Positions 47,546 through 62,099 of a stretch of 64,000 bases of DNA are shown one piece after another (position 1 is the first letter of the stretch; every line of letters begins with the position of its first letter). This DNA is from Lingula anatina (Eukaryota > Animalia > Brachiopoda): positions 26,708,225 through 26,772,224 of the forward strand of contig CM120640.1 of assembly GCA_051362555.1 (NCBI GenBank). Reading direction: 5' to 3'. The notes below the pieces were generated by a model. That model made no database searches, was not told the DNA's origin, and saw nothing but the letters and a program-made list of their open reading frames with translations. Made by a program: the position numbers and the translations under genes.

Positions 47546-50500
47546 ATGGCGACAGATGCGCGTTCTGCCTCAAAACCGAGGATAGTCAAACTAGGAACTA
47601 GGGAAGTAGAGTTTCCCTCTCCCTACCTCCAGGAGCTCAAAGACTCCAACCACCTGCTGGGGGATGTGGAACTGTTAAGACAGGAGTTTCACAATCAGGG
47701 GTAGGTATAATGTGTTAATATTGACAACTACATGTACACTTTATTCCTTTGGTTGTTTCGTTTTGCGCACCTGAGGTTAAGAATACAAAGGGAACCTACC
47801 CCCGTCCACCAAATCCTGGCCGATACGTATGTGACGGTATACATTTGCTTATGATAGAGCTGATCACCGCCTGATAGTAGCGAGGTAATTAATGGAATCG
47901 TAGAAATCGTTACATGTAGATGCACTGCCGCAAACACTTAAAAGATAAAATGTAGGCCCCTATGTTTTGTATATCTTTTAGGTATCTCTTTATCCGAGGC
48001 CTCCATTCCCGAGAAGAGGTATTAGATGCAAGGCTTGCAGTTCTGCGGTATATCAGAGATCTTGGCGAGGACAAACTGTCTACAGAGTACCCCTTAGAAG
48101 ATGGTGTTCTCAACCCGCGCTGTGGAAAAGGATGTGTGCCTTTTATGGAGGTGATAAAGTTTTAAAAACGGTGGTGAGGGTGGGGTTAAGGCACAAAACC
48201 CTTGTTCATAATATAAGTGTTAAAACACTGAATATAAATCTTATAATTGGTCACACACGGATATCCAAAATAACCATCAATAATAAATCAAACCATCTTT
48301 GATAAAAATAACGAAGCAAGCTGAAATGTTCATTAAAAAACTGAGAGTACATTTAATAGGTGCTTTAGATACTTTTTAATATTTCCAAAAGAATAAGAAA
48401 ATGATATTAAATGAACTTAATTTTTAAAAATCCCCCAAAAATGATTATGGAATTGGATGCATTTTAATTGGGCTAAACCTTTTACAGGGAAAGAATAACA
48501 TTACGCACAGCGACCCTGTTCGAAAAGTGATTGAAGGAAGGAGACGTAAGCTTAAAACAATAGTTGTACCTACATGTATTATCAGATATAAAAGTAGTGC
48601 AGCAGTAAGCGCAAGTTAAAACGTAAAAATTTACACAGCAGACGGTTTAAAAGTGTTTGAATATCTATTAAAAAACACACTAAATTATTGTCAGTTTTAA
48701 TCGGATCTCATAGTAATTTTCATCATCTGTTATTTCCTATTTTATCAGCTTTTCAGTTCTTTAAGACATTAATTGGAGCAGAACCGAAAACCTTTGATTT
48801 TAAATGGCTGAGGTTAGTGCATATTGGTATTCCCTACATATACTTGGTACCTGACTTCTATGGGTTTAGTTTATGATATTAATTGCTAGACTGCGACAAT
48901 AGTGCCGTGAAACTATGAATAGTGAAATTTTAGGACACCTGTTATGAAACCTGTCGATGATGTGAACGTTAAATTTGGAGACAAGAAGACACCTATGTCA
49001 GTAATAAATTTAGGCCCACTCATCGAAAATGAGTAGGCCTAAATAAGCAATGGGGTTAGGGGAGATATCGATATCAATACAGATAATATAAACTTCTTTT
49101 CACGCTTAACCTGTGGCCTCTTTTTTTTTTATCTTAATAGAGCAATCCATCGAGAGGGGTACACAGGGGTGCACACCGATTACGTTTACATGTCACGTGG
49201 CACCCACCAGTTGTACACCATGTGGACCCCCATTGGTGACGTCACCTTAGAGATGGGGACACTGTGTGTCTGTGAGGGGTCCCATAGATTACCAGGGTGA
49301 GACACAGAAAGTATATTTCTTTGAACTGACGCCTTTGAATATTTGCATGTTCTTTTTTAAATCTATCTTAATATCTTTTTTGTAGTTAGTTGGCCTACAT
49401 TTTGGAAAAAAACTTTTTTCACCATTGCAGATTCAAACATTTCCAAGAAACGTATGGCTCTTGTGATATCGAAAAGGCTAACCTTGTTGGTGAGTTGTTA
49501 TCATTACTATTATTGTTGTTGTTATTCATTTGTAAAGTTTTTTTTACTATTCAAGTTGACACTACCTTATTGTCCTTTGATTAAGAACGTTCATGTAACA
49601 TTTTTGGTATCATAATGCTTATTTGTGAAATGGCGATTAAAAAAACGTGAACACTTATAAACAAACCTAGCTGTCTTTAAATCTATTCATAGAAATAATT
49701 GCCTTTCTGTATTTTAGGTACTGGATGGTTTACCATTGATCCTTATGAAATCACAAGTAAATTTGGCGGCCAGTGGAAAACGGCAGACTTCAAGGCCGGA
49801 GATGTCCTCATATTTGGCTTGAGGTATGGGGTACCACGTGATTGGGCATTTAACGCAGGGATGTCTTGTAAAATAAACTATTACTGACCGTAACAACTGC
49901 ACGAAAGTAAACAAATTATATATTTCATAGGCGACTTTTGCGTCGTATGCCATTGGCAGCATCTCTGAAACACAGAAATATTGAACATGAATGAAACTAA
50001 CAAATAAACCGATAAAATAAGTTTGCATCTGTTGTTTTCCAGGACAGTTCACATGTCCACTGTCAACACAACGCATTTTGCCAGGATAAGCTGCGATACG
50101 AGGTTTGTAAAGTTTTAACTTAAATGCGCAGTTTTTAACTTGCAAGGGATCCTGATTTCAAAAAGCAAAATATTGGGTTGACAATGTTATAAAGACACAA
50201 ACTGTGACTTAAGGTTGCCGTGAATGACAAATCTGAAGTTGTTTTAGTGCCATATAATATATTTCTATTGTCCCAGACACTGTCTATAACGGTGATCCTT
50301 TGCTCAGAAATGGCTTTATAATGCCTAATAAATATGTAAAATCTTTCAACTTAAACCCCAGCGTTATTTAGGCCCTGAAGTTACGAAAAATTTGGGCATG
50401 GAAAGTCTTTATAGAAAGAAAGTCACTGCTGATGCTCAGTGTATTCCATTCTTTAATATGTTGATGAAAAGGGCGTATTATACTAATTGATGTTTTTTTC

Positions 50501-50655
50501 TCAGATGGCAGGCGGCGCATTTAGACTTTGACCCTCGCTATGTTGGCGATATTGGGGAGGTAGACGTCAAGTACGGTTTGTACACCGAAGATAATAAAAA
50601 AATACAAGGTATAGTAACGATGGAAAAGCTGAAGTCAGTGTGGGGATTTAATTAA
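47546..50655 (+). CDS. PhyH-family 2-oxoglutarate/Fe(II) dioxygenase, 9 exons
   Basis: Exons 47546-47700, 47982-48150, 48488-48545, 48749-48812, 49141-49296, 49431-49489, 49718-49823, 50043-50102, 50505-50655, in frame. GYLFIRGL, H-T-D facial triad start (GVHTDYVYM), W.PIGD...G.L..EGSH, AGDVLIF...TVHMS..N...RISCDTRWQ. Confidence 0.9.
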
Positions 50656-51831
50656 TATGAGGCGGCCATGATTTTTTACACACATTAATGTTTGGAACTG
50701 CAGTGACCCTGCATTGGAAGAGGAGGGTACCCTCAACATAGGTTCCAACTTACTGAAATCCAAGAAACAGTGCAATTGCGCCTTGTAGTAGACCAGGATA
50801 TAAGTTACATCTATTTGTGGCATACAAGTGGCATAAAGACCTCTCCTTCCCATTTCAAATACGGTTATGTTATGCTACGTGCTGTGACAACTTACTGTAA
50901 CTTTCACAAGTAAGTTTACTCCTTTTTTCTCACGTCTTAATTGTAGTACAAAATGACTCAGTGCACTGTAATTAAATGTCATTTTTTCATTGGTAATAAA
51001 GCAGTGGAATGGATCTGTGGGTTTGTCATTTATATGGCCGCACTAACTAACGGTACTTTTTATTTAATATTCACCCAACGTAATGAAGGAACAATGTACC
51101 TTTGAGCAAATTAATGACCGTCCCCTTCAAATAAAGTATGTTATGTACTAATTAAGTAGCTGATGCATACGATACTGAATATTCGGTAAAATGTTAGTAT
51201 GAGTCTCATTGGTTCAACATGGATGAAAACACTGCTATTTCTTGCAAGTTTAATACCTTCTACCTTTGATCACAATTTTATTGAGGAAAATGAACACCGG
51301 ATAGCTCGTTACAACAGCAAGCCTCTTTTACCAGCTTTAGCACCAAAATGTATGTACGATCGACGCCGCTGTCTATTTAGTCCAATAAATGTCATGGTTT
51401 GATTTTTGTCTTTTGACTTTTTGTAGTAGTTTCTCTCACTTTCTGCGTGCACTTCACGCTCCCTTATGTAATCGGCTAGCATATCTTGTCCAAAAGATTA
51501 ATCCAATTGTCATTCCACAAGAAAGAGTTTGTGCCCGCGTATGGCGGGTAGATAGATGTATATACTACAGCGACAGTTGTCGGCACGCACATGTCCGCGG
51601 GGCATGCCCGTAGATGGTCGCAGAGAACGCTAAAAGGCACAGTTGATTCATACGGGAGGATCTGGCGCGACACGGACTAATATTGACTCCACATAGGCCT
51701 AGTCATGGAACCACAGGAAATGCTAGCCGATTTAGTAAAGGTTTAATTTGATCTTGTATTTTTACATATTGTTGTGCGGCCGGGTTTCTGCAAGGAAACA
51801 TACATTCTATAAGTGCTGAAACCAGACAACA

Positions 51832-52626
51832 ATGCAGTCATCGCGGTTCAGGTTCTTGGTGGTGATGTTCGGTTTTGTGCTGATTATTTTTTCGAGAGTA
51901 AATGGTAAGTTTAATACATATAGATATTTTGTAATAGTTTTTTTATTCAAAGATGGTAAAGGGCATATGTAGTATTTACGTTTTTAGTTTCGATGATATT
52001 GAATGTTAACACAACTGTATGCTTAAGCTTCTGGACCTCTGTAAGAAGACTGGGAAATTGTTATATAGAAAATAAAACTTCTTAAACATTTTTTAAAACA
52101 AAATATTTCAGGCAGTAACCACATTCACCGAAATCTTCCCGATCTTCCAATCTATATGATAACGGCCTGCCATGGAGATATCTTCAATTTTGACTGCGGC
52201 GCGGGACACAAAATACGACCGATTCGGGATTTCTTTGGCGCTTCTACCAAAAAATCGAAAAAGAAAAAAGGTTGTGAATTTGATGAAGGCGACTGTACAG
52301 TTGTCACGCCTCGATCCAATAGCTTGTTACAACGGTACTGTGTTGGGGAACGCATATGCAGTTTTTACCAAGCCGAGAGGCATCCCTGTGGCAATGAGCT
52401 GTTTACCAACTATCATCAAATCGAGTATCAGTGCGTCCCAGGTAGGAACTATAAAATCTGTTGTTAACCGCTTTTGGAAAGTGATGAATTGAGGATAGTA
52501 CGGAATGCCATATCTTTGTTATGGACCATTCATTTCCGATCGGACGGCCTATATCTTGTTAAGGGTACTGTTCAAGAATGTTCATTTTGCATATTAACAG
52601 TACTAAATTTGTGTGCATCCGCTTTG

Positions 52627-52673
<47 letters not shown>

Positions 52674-55600
52674 AAAAGAAAAAAAAAACAACACTTTGCC
52701 GTACGTGAGCTTGATTGTTTGTAGGTATTAAATGTGTCACAAAAACATTTCTGGCAGAGTGGGGCTAGAATTGAAATACCAATTTGTGGTAGTCTGCCAA
52801 GACATTCACAGATTTGAATAAAATTTTGGCGTTAGATTATTTAGGTCAGAACACACAGTCCCTGTCGTACAACCTTTTGTTCCTTTAAGGTCCGAAGTGT
52901 ATTCAATTGGTCTCTGTCCAACCATCAAAATATACATGGTGGTAATGTGGTAATGGCACCAAAGGTCAGTCAGCAGCAAAACCAACCACCAGTCAGACAC
53001 AAGTGGGACTAAATCCATAACGTTTTTTTATTACAGATAGCTACATTACTGTAATGTGCGGCGCCCACTCTTTCAAGACAAAGGCCGGTTATTTAATGAG
53101 TCCAAATTTTCCGAATAAGTACAAACCCAATATAAACTGCCAGTGCAGACTGACGTCCACCAATGGGGAAAACATACACATTCAAATATTGTTCCTCTCC
53201 ATACATTTCCAAGACCCATGTACCGATTGGCTAAAGATAAATAATAAGAAAAGGTGCGGCTTTTCAACAGATGTCATAGAAGCCCCCACGTTTGACTTGG
53301 AATTCCACACCGACGATAAAGAGCACCATTCTGGCTACTGGTTGTACTTTAAAGGTAAGTTTACTGTGTCACATGCCAGTACTTTTCGAAGAACGGACGA
53401 AACATCAATATCCTGAATCCATGAAATAAAGGAAGCATAAAATTTAGGGTCTTGAACATAACAGGATACAGGTTTGATGTCACTTTTCTATGGACTTGCT
53501 GGTTTAATCGTTTGATGTTTGCCAAACTGTTATATACCATATGTTTTCGTTATTTCTTTGATATATTTATCGATTTATTTGTTTTATTAATATTCTATTA
53601 ATACGTATATCTTTCTATTAATATATTTATCTGTTTAATACCCTTTTTGTACTTCTTTCTTCCCTCCTCTTTCTGTAGTGTTTTATTCTTTTGCTAGCTT
53701 CGGGGTCTGGTTCAGTGAACGTCGAGTGTGATAACTTCCCTATTCCCGATAACAATGGAAAAAGCACAACCACCACCACCACCACTACCACTAAAAAGAT
53801 GATCACTACTCTTTTGTCTAAAAAAGTTCCTACGACAACAACTGTTTCCACGCCAAGTTCCACTAGAACATCGACAACCACAACTACCCCCACAAAACCA
53901 TCCTTTCCTCCGACAACCACTTTGTCGACGACGACCATGACTACTTCAGCAACGACAACACGCGTGACGAGATCGAGTATTTCCACCACGACAACACCCT
54001 TGACACGAACACCTGCTTTTACTTCTAAGGCCACATTTACGACCACAACAGCGTCATCAACCACATCACCAACTCGAACAACAAGCCCATCGACGTTTAA
54101 GCCCACGTCATCTGAAACAACCCTGCCTACGCCAATCGGGCCTTCCAAGCAAACAACAGGTTATCATCCCGAAAAAGGAGAAAATGCCAGTGAAGGATCA
54201 GTAACAACTGCTAGTACTACGAGAGTTCTTTTCAATATTTCTGAAACAGTTGTCTTTACACCATCCACGAGATTTTCAACAACAACTAATGGTAATTAAC
54301 CCTCCCTCTCAGTCCTTTAATATAAACGTAAATTGAATTTTGATCTTTGGATAATACAGGGCATAAAGTTATGTTAGATAACGTAAATAACGTCTAAATG
54401 TTGAACAATTTTGAACCTATATTTTTCAGCAACGGTTGGTGCAATTGTAGAAGAGGAAAAGGGGTTTACATTGTTGGGTGAGAGTTTGACTAGACCATAC
54501 ATGTACATAACTTTTTAGTCGATTGTATATACAGACATGCTTGACAGTTATTACCCCCTACTCTAAAGATAAATGTACGCAAATTCTTAGTTTCTCCAAT
54601 GTCTAATTGCCTAACTTGTTTTGACACTTGAAACTTTCATTTTGTACCGAAAAAGAACAGGGCATCTACATTTTCCGTTGTTACTTTATATCAGGTTGGA
54701 TCATAGTATGTGTGGCAATAGTCGGTTTGATGCTTATCCTTCTAATCCTTGGTCTTCTTTTCTGGTGCCGAAGGTACGTATATAAGCATGAATAGTGTGG
54801 CACTGCCACTACATAGATTCAATTTGTTTGAACTGCCCAGGATAGAGCTGAAATGTTTTGAGTGACATCTCTATGACAGTTATATTACCATTGGTCAGTA
54901 TAATTTTCTTGTTTCCGTATCTTCTCACTCGACACCATGTTTACAAGGAATTTTTCACCAATCTAGCAAACCAAGTTACAAAAATTCGAAATATTAGTAA
55001 AATGTTCCAATAAACATATCAGAAGTGACCCTGAGTATACTATATACAACTGCAAAAGAATATATCGTTTGTTTCAAACGTTATATATTTTTAATAATTG
55101 ATTAAGTGACGCATTCCGTCTCGTCTCTGTAATTGAATGGGATTGGTATTTTTCAATATAAAGAGTAAATTGCTTATGGTTTTTTATTACTTACCTCTCA
55201 TTAATTATTTCTTTAGAAAGAGAATGAAGAACGAAGAGACGCAAACAAACGGAAACGCATCAGCAACCATTGATGTTGTCGTCACTTCATCAAGTGGAGT
55301 CATTGAAGAAAATTGTGATAAAACAAGACTAGTAACGAACGCTGATGAAAGCACGCAGTTTGGGAATGGATTCATTTCTATGTCACACACGACGGGTGCC
55401 ATCAACCAAGCCCTAGTCATCGTAGAGAACGCTTCCAGTGATGGTAATCCTGTTGCGTCTATCCTGAGCAAAGCTGTTCAAGTGAATCTGGATCCAGATA
55501 TTACCTACGACGATAACATCATCATTATTGGTAGAGCAGAGTTTGAGATCGACTCCGTTGCAAATCTTTATTCAAGAATTCGACACAAAGATAAAGGGAT

Positions 55601-56435
55601 TCAAATCGGATCTGGTGTACTCCCATGCGAAAAGGATGCTGGAAAGGCCACAACACGCTCCGGGTGTTTGTACGAAGATGTCCAGCTTGCACCAAAAGCT
55701 GCTAAAAGGTCTTCACTTCAGGGAGTGCCCCCACCCACAGCGCCTGCAACGAAGCAGAGGAAAAGCAAACACAAGCCAGACAAGCAAGACCAGACGGAAT
55801 ATTTAGAACTCCCCGTTCTTAATGTGAATGACAAGAAGCAAATTCCACAAAGCCCCGTGTCCAGCATTGACCACGTAAGGAAGAGAACTCGCCGTGGTCC
55901 TCCTAAACGCATGGACTATCTGGATGTTACGGTTCCGGACAGATCGCATAGATCCAATGTGTCTACGGATCAGGTGAGGAAAAAGGCGCGAAAGGATACA
56001 GCCAAACGTATTGCCAAGTTGACCAATAGCCAAGAGGAAACCGAAAGGAAACCAATGGTGTCTACAGAGAACGTCAAGCAGCAGGCCAGGACAGTTGGCG
56101 GTCGCAAAATCAAGGCTGTTGCCCGCCGTCGTAGTAGTTCCAGCGGTATAGATATTTGCACTCCTGTCCCCGCCGCCAGTACCATTGACGGGTACACCAG
56201 CGACGAGTACCAAACCAGCATTTCTAGTCATGGCATGACGTCTGAAGACCTGCCGAGTGAATTAGAGGAGGAAAGTTCTGGCAGTGAAACGAGCTCACAT
56301 TTTGAAACCAACTCCAACAGGAAGGCGTCGATACTATCATTGTCAGTTGTTGATGAGATGGTAATGTCACCAGAAACGCCGGATAATTCTGGTTCTGATT
56401 CAGACTGGGACAAGAAATCGGCGATATCCATCTGA
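51832..56435 (+). CDS. Single-pass membrane protein: signal peptide, SUEL/Gal-lectin-like Cys domain, CUB domain, Thr-rich mucin stalk, TM helix, about 405-aa cytoplasmic tail
   Basis: Exons 51832-51904, 52112-52441, 53037-53354, 53698-54291, 54430-54477, 54695-54773, 55217-56435 with consistent phases. CUB motif CG......GYLMSPNFPNKY..N..C.C...F.TD....GYWL; TM WIIVCVAIVGLMLILLILGLLFWC followed by RRKR. Confidence 0.85.
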
Positions 56436-59400
56436 GCACGTTTGCCCATCGACGATTTACAACGGATTTAAAGCATAGGTCATGCACTTGTCTCTTGTAA
56501 AAACTTAATTTTTACATGTATATCTCATATGGTTTCCTATATAGGATACCTTGTTGCTTGTTTAGCTTTGTGTTTCTTCGAAGTTAAGGGCACAGAATAC
56601 AGGGCACTCTTAACATGTCCACAGAAACTGTATAGAATTGGGATTCAAATTCTCTTAGCCAAATGTTCCTTCGCAAGTAAGCTAAGGGTAATAAAGTCTT
56701 GCAATACCAGACCTTTATGTATACATTATCATTATAATATAAGTTACAAGCTATAAGGATTAAAGAAATTGGAATTATATGTATCGACATAAATTAGATT
56801 GCATTAATAAACATTTATGGAAACTAAGGTGTAATTAATGTTTTTCGGTGCGGGTGGAATTATTTAAGTTGTAAGTTGCTTAGTGCAAGTACTTAAGGAC
56901 TAATAACACATCTAACCTAGCAACATAAAATATTAATGTTCGAAATACATTCAGCAAATTATGGTTTCCTCTTTTATATCTATGTCCCACCTGTCGGGAA
57001 CACAAACGGCATGCACACATGCAAAAATCAAACTTGGTATTCTAAGAATTAATACATATATATATAATAGGGGAGTGCGTGGTAGTGTACCAAACGTACA
57101 GAAAAAGCGACGCCGCTAATCTTATTAAATATTAAAATCATTTTTCTTGTTGATACCTTACATGACTTTTGCATTATGATACAGTTGACATCAAGCTGAA
57201 TGTCGTTTAGAATAGCAGCACAATTGCTCCGATTCACCATGGCTTAGTGCAGTTGAGATGTGCTAATTGCATTAGATGAGATTTTTTTTAAAAAGCGACA
57301 AGCAATAAGCTTACTGATGAAAGCTTATTTAGCGTCACAGATAACCGCCGGAAAGAATTAGACACATTTTTTTAAAAACAATAACGAAGAAGAACTGAAG
57401 GAAGAGGTGTATATCAGTTGTGCTGTTTGTTCGCTCAGTCCATTTTCTACTTTATTTCTTTTTCTTTTGTTTATTTTAGAGTGTTTTTACCACAACCGCC
57501 CTCGTCACTTTATAATCATCATTCTTTTCTTTACTGAAAACGCATGTACCCTAATCGAAGTAAATAAAGATATGTTATTTTTACGATAATAATGAATTCT
57601 TTAACCGATAATTTGTTAAAAAATTTAAATTCATTGGCAATGCTCTATTTGGATGGAAACGGATTGCCACAGTAAATTCTATATAAGTCTCTACATGCAC
57701 AAGTTTTTAAAAGATTTTCAGTGACACTGTTTAGACGTGTTTCAACCAAGAAGTCGAACTTTATCTGTCAGGGAACTTTACTGAAATCTAAGATAAAAAT
57801 ATTTCCCCTTCTTTTTCACTTATTTTATATAGAGTATCATGTTTGGTTCGGCTATATGTTGCATAGATCAAATTTATTGCTGTAGTGTATCCTATACACT
57901 ACTGGTAGATATCGTGTATTTGTGTTATTTCATGTTTATTCACCGTCCCTTCGGATTACTAAACAAAATACTTATGATTGTCCAAAGGTATTTTTGCCAT
58001 CTTCAGTCATTAAGGTAGATTTCGTTTTCAAAACAATCACGTCAAGTTAGAAATGCTCATAACATGTTAAGGGCCCTCTAGACGATATGAAGAAGCATTT
58101 CATGTACGATGATTAAACGTTGGAGGTTGCAGCCTTTGGTGCTGATCACAAACGGCTGAAAATAAGGACAAAAGATACAAGAAACTTAAAGTATTAAGGT
58201 TTGTAAATATCTAAATCGAAAAACGAGGATTAAGATGGCGGATCTCACAGACCTGCTCCCGCAAGCATTACAACGAGATAAATGGCGCAGACAAAACCTT
58301 CCAGGAAAAATTAAACTGAAATTGAAAGACGTATCCTCTGAGTCTTACTTAAAGGAGTTAACAGTCGTCTTAGGGGAAACTTAAAATTGAGCTCCGTGGA
58401 ATGGTATCTAAATGTTAGACGAGCAAGATGTTCAGATGTCTTTGCAATTGAAAAACACCAGATGTGCCCGAATGAGATTTTGGGGAAGTTATTGATTGTT
58501 TAATTCTCTTCTTTTTCTAGATTTTGGACTTAGTATGCTGGTATCACTAATTTGATGTAAAGGAGTACGCCAGTCGTCAGTTATAAGCAATTGAGTTCAG
58601 TGGCGATGAATCACGGCATCACGGTTCAATTAGTTCAACATGAAAAAAGCGCGGTAGGAACCATTAACTCGATTGGGAAACAAAATGTACAATTAACGTT
58701 TAACACATTTTCATTATGTATTGACTTGTCACCTTTTCAAAAGCAAAATGCCCTCTGGGAGTGTCTTGACTACGGTTTTCATACAACTTTAATCTAATCA
58801 AAACGTGATTCCACGAAAAACAAAACTGAAATACATAAGAGACATCTGTTAAAAGGTTCCTGGCATTTTTCCTTCGACATATTTAATTAGAATAGAGCGT
58901 GATGTAACAACATATTCTATATAACTCTAAAGTATTAGTGTAATGTTTTAATAATGGCAACAGATGTGTTATTGTTTAGGGGACATTAGCAATCATCCAG
59001 AGGGACATTCTACCTTGTCGATGTGCGATGAATGGCAGTTATGATATCAAGCAGGTGGTTTGTATAAGATAAAACCTAATTGAGGGTCTAAGACAAAGAA
59101 ATTTCATAAGTTAAACATTACTTGACAAAACACTACGAAAGAGATACAACGAAGTAGGGGTAGTTGGAATGTTGTGAAATGTATAACTATTATATGAACT
59201 ACCGGCCAAGACCCTTGCGTGAATTGATAGTTCAGTTAAGAATACTTCCACTGTGAATCAATGACCGTAAACAGAAAACTCATTATAAGGTCGCCAGGGG
59301 ATTAAAGGGATATCTAAGGTTTCAGGTTCTGATATGCCTGTATTAAATCTTTTTTGCTTTCTATAATCTCTCATATACAGATGCTTATACTTTGCGAGAT

Positions 59401-59437
59401 AAGAAGAGAGATTTTCTTGGCCTCTCTCTTTATTCCT

Positions 59438-59484
59438 TCTCTCTCTCTCTCTCTCTCTCACTCTCTCTGTGTGTGTGTGTGTGT
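59438..59484. repeat. Compound (CT)n(GT)n microsatellite
   Basis: Directly visible; similar simple repeats at 4925-4950 (GA), 52629-52672 (polyT) and 62068-62097 (GT). Confidence 0.9.
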
Positions 59485-59749
59485 TTGTATGCAAGTTAAG
59501 CTATATTTTTTTTTGTTTTCAATATTCTCAAAAATGAAACCCTTAATAAAAGCAAAATGCACAGTAGCTGTTCACACCTTTTAATAGTCCTTTTGCAGCT
59601 AGATGACTATGTGTTGACTTTTTTGTTTACTGTAGAGCTTACTCTCCAGCATTTTATTTTTCTGGAGAGCAAGCCCTTCAGTAAACAAAAGAAGTCAACA
59701 TCTAGTCATCTAGCTGCAAAATGGCATATTGTTGTTAACTTATATCTTT

Positions 59750-60600
59750 CGGCCGTGACATGTGTAACTACATGAACCATTCACTGGCAGAGGGAGTACA
59801 ATATTCAAGGGGGATACCACTTAGAGACAACACAGTTTGGGTTGCAATATAAAGCCTACGTCTTGGACGACTTCGGTATTTTTTTCAAAAATGACACGAA
59901 GACATTTTGTAGATGGCGTGAGATAGAAAGTAATAGGGAGCTATCAAACCTGATTGACTGTGAAGCAGATTGCCAGGTAGTACCGAATTGATTAATGCAA
60001 CAGGCGTCTGGTCAAACTTTTTCATCAGAATTACTCTATGTACACAAGACAACTTGGAAATATTTATTCAAGGGAGTCTCACTGCAAAGCGACGCTGCGA
60101 CGAAATCCTGATTGATCTAGGACGACACATTAAAGTAAACTCTGAACGGAACACCAGCTTGATGCAGGGCAATGCGCCCATCCAGAAAGCACGCTTCGTG
60201 CTAGACGCGCTGCATCAGCGTGGTATCCCCCATATGATTAACCTGCATATTCGCTAGCTCTCAGTCTGATTGAATATGCTTCTGATATGATTGGTAGAGC
60301 AGTGAACAAAAGGCAACCTCCAGTGCAAAACCTCAGACGGTTCCAGAAGGCAATAACAGACAAGTGGAACAGGTTCCCAATACAAGCGTTACTACTGCAT
60401 GGTGACAAGTTGCAAGATGTGAAGCTCTGGTCCAAAGCCAGAGAAGGTAGTCTACAGCCGCTTTAGATCTCCCCATAATTAGTTACCTTTTTATTGGGCA
60501 CGTTCATCTTTAATGAGAATCCATTCAAAATATTATGCTAAATTTTATTTTTGGTAATTAGGCGTTTTAACCAGGAGGTACTTTTTTGCTGTGTGAGTAT
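59750..60600 (+). pseudogene. Decayed Tc1-family transposase / element 3' half
   Basis: GSLTA..CDEIL...LMQGNAPIQKAR (from QDNAxxHxA), frameshift, then LSLIEYASDMIGRAV..RQPPVQNL..F..AI..W (from DLNPIExxWD). Ends in a Tc1-like terminus ..CTTTTTTGCTGTGTGAGTATA. Left boundary approximate. Confidence 0.75.
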
Positions 60601-62065
60601 AGTTTTTAGCCACACGGTTTTGCACATTTAGATACTATTTTCTGAATAAAGCCATTCGCATTATTAAAACAATACAAGTACATGGATTGTGTTGTGTACC
60701 TGGTCCAATAAATATCCAATTTAATAAAATATCTATGAAATATAAAAGAAAATCACACTGTAACATAGTCATTTTATTTATGACCACGATACTAAAATGT
60801 TTTGAAAAATGAAAGGTGTTACTTTATTCATGAGCATGAGCATCATTGTGTATTGATAACGTTAAGGGTCTTCTTTGCCACTTTTGCAAAACTGAGTAAG
60901 AAAAAAATTTGAAACGTTTTTTCGAACCATTTATGGTTTATCGCGATTCGTGAAGCACGTATAAATCTGTATCTCCAAGAATCATGATACACCGTGTTAT
61001 AGCATATAGGAAACAATTATATTAATTATACTGTGGTCATCATGCATGAATATTTGTTCTGTCATATTTCCATCGTTGATTTTTTACTTAATGATGTCTT
61101 TAAGAATCACCCTAATTTGTTTACTGCTTTAAAACAGCTCTCATACTGAGGTAACACTTCGACAAGGTTTTGTGTTGACATTATATTTATATTGATGCTG
61201 CATAATTTAGGCTCAACTAACACTAGTATGATTGAAATCATTTGCATTCATCATATGATAAACGGTTTACTGTTTTTTTTTCAATAAAATTATAAAACAT
61301 TAAAAAAATGAGATGTTTTATCTTGTCTTAGATCGGCTTGTGATAATTTCCACTTCACTTGTGTTAAACACGAGGAAACCCAGTCATGTTGGCGTTAAGT
61401 AAAATGATACGCAAGCATCAGTAACGTTTAATGGACGTGATGCTATCTTGAGATTATCTTCAGTCAAAACATTCAAAACTACTAGAAAACATATCAAACG
61501 GAGCGAAATGTTTCTTTTACATCGGGGAAATGTATCTGACGTGAAGGTAATAAATCTCGTGCGGTAGGCACACTTAACAGGCAATCTACACAATCTACAT
61601 GGTAAGATACTCTTCACATAAATAGATTTTGTGCTATCATTGTTTGCACATTTTGCGTCTAAATCGAAAACATGTCACTGTGATTCATGCTCGTTTGCGT
61701 TAGAATTCGTGTAAACGCTTACTTGCACCGGTACCTAAAAAGAACAAAAAATGAATAAGCACGTGGGATTTAGCATGTGATAACTATTTCCTTTGGACTA
61801 TGTTACGTCATATGTCATTGGTCAAGTGAATCGTCAATATCCAACGAAATATCTTGTGAGAAGGGCTCAGCGTCAACATCGTCTTCCATGCTTTCATTTC
61901 ACAGCTGTTTTTGCATTGTTAGTCAAGTAATAGACAAACAATGTAAGAATACATATTTACTTCAACCAGATTCCGGATAATGGACTCTTGATCAGTTAAC
62001 TCTCACAATTAATAAATTCAAAGTTAATAGGACCCTAATACACTCGGGGGAGCTTTTATATATAT

Positions 62066-62099
<34 letters not shown>

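Noticed and set aside
47725-47925. Short inverted repeat (CTACATGTA) and a possible C/D snoRNA in PhyH intron 1
   Set aside because: The IR is a short self-palindrome, and no convincing C box with terminal stem is present.
53627-54148. 173-aa Val-rich minus-strand ORF
   Set aside because: Antisense shadow of the Thr-rich mucin exon.
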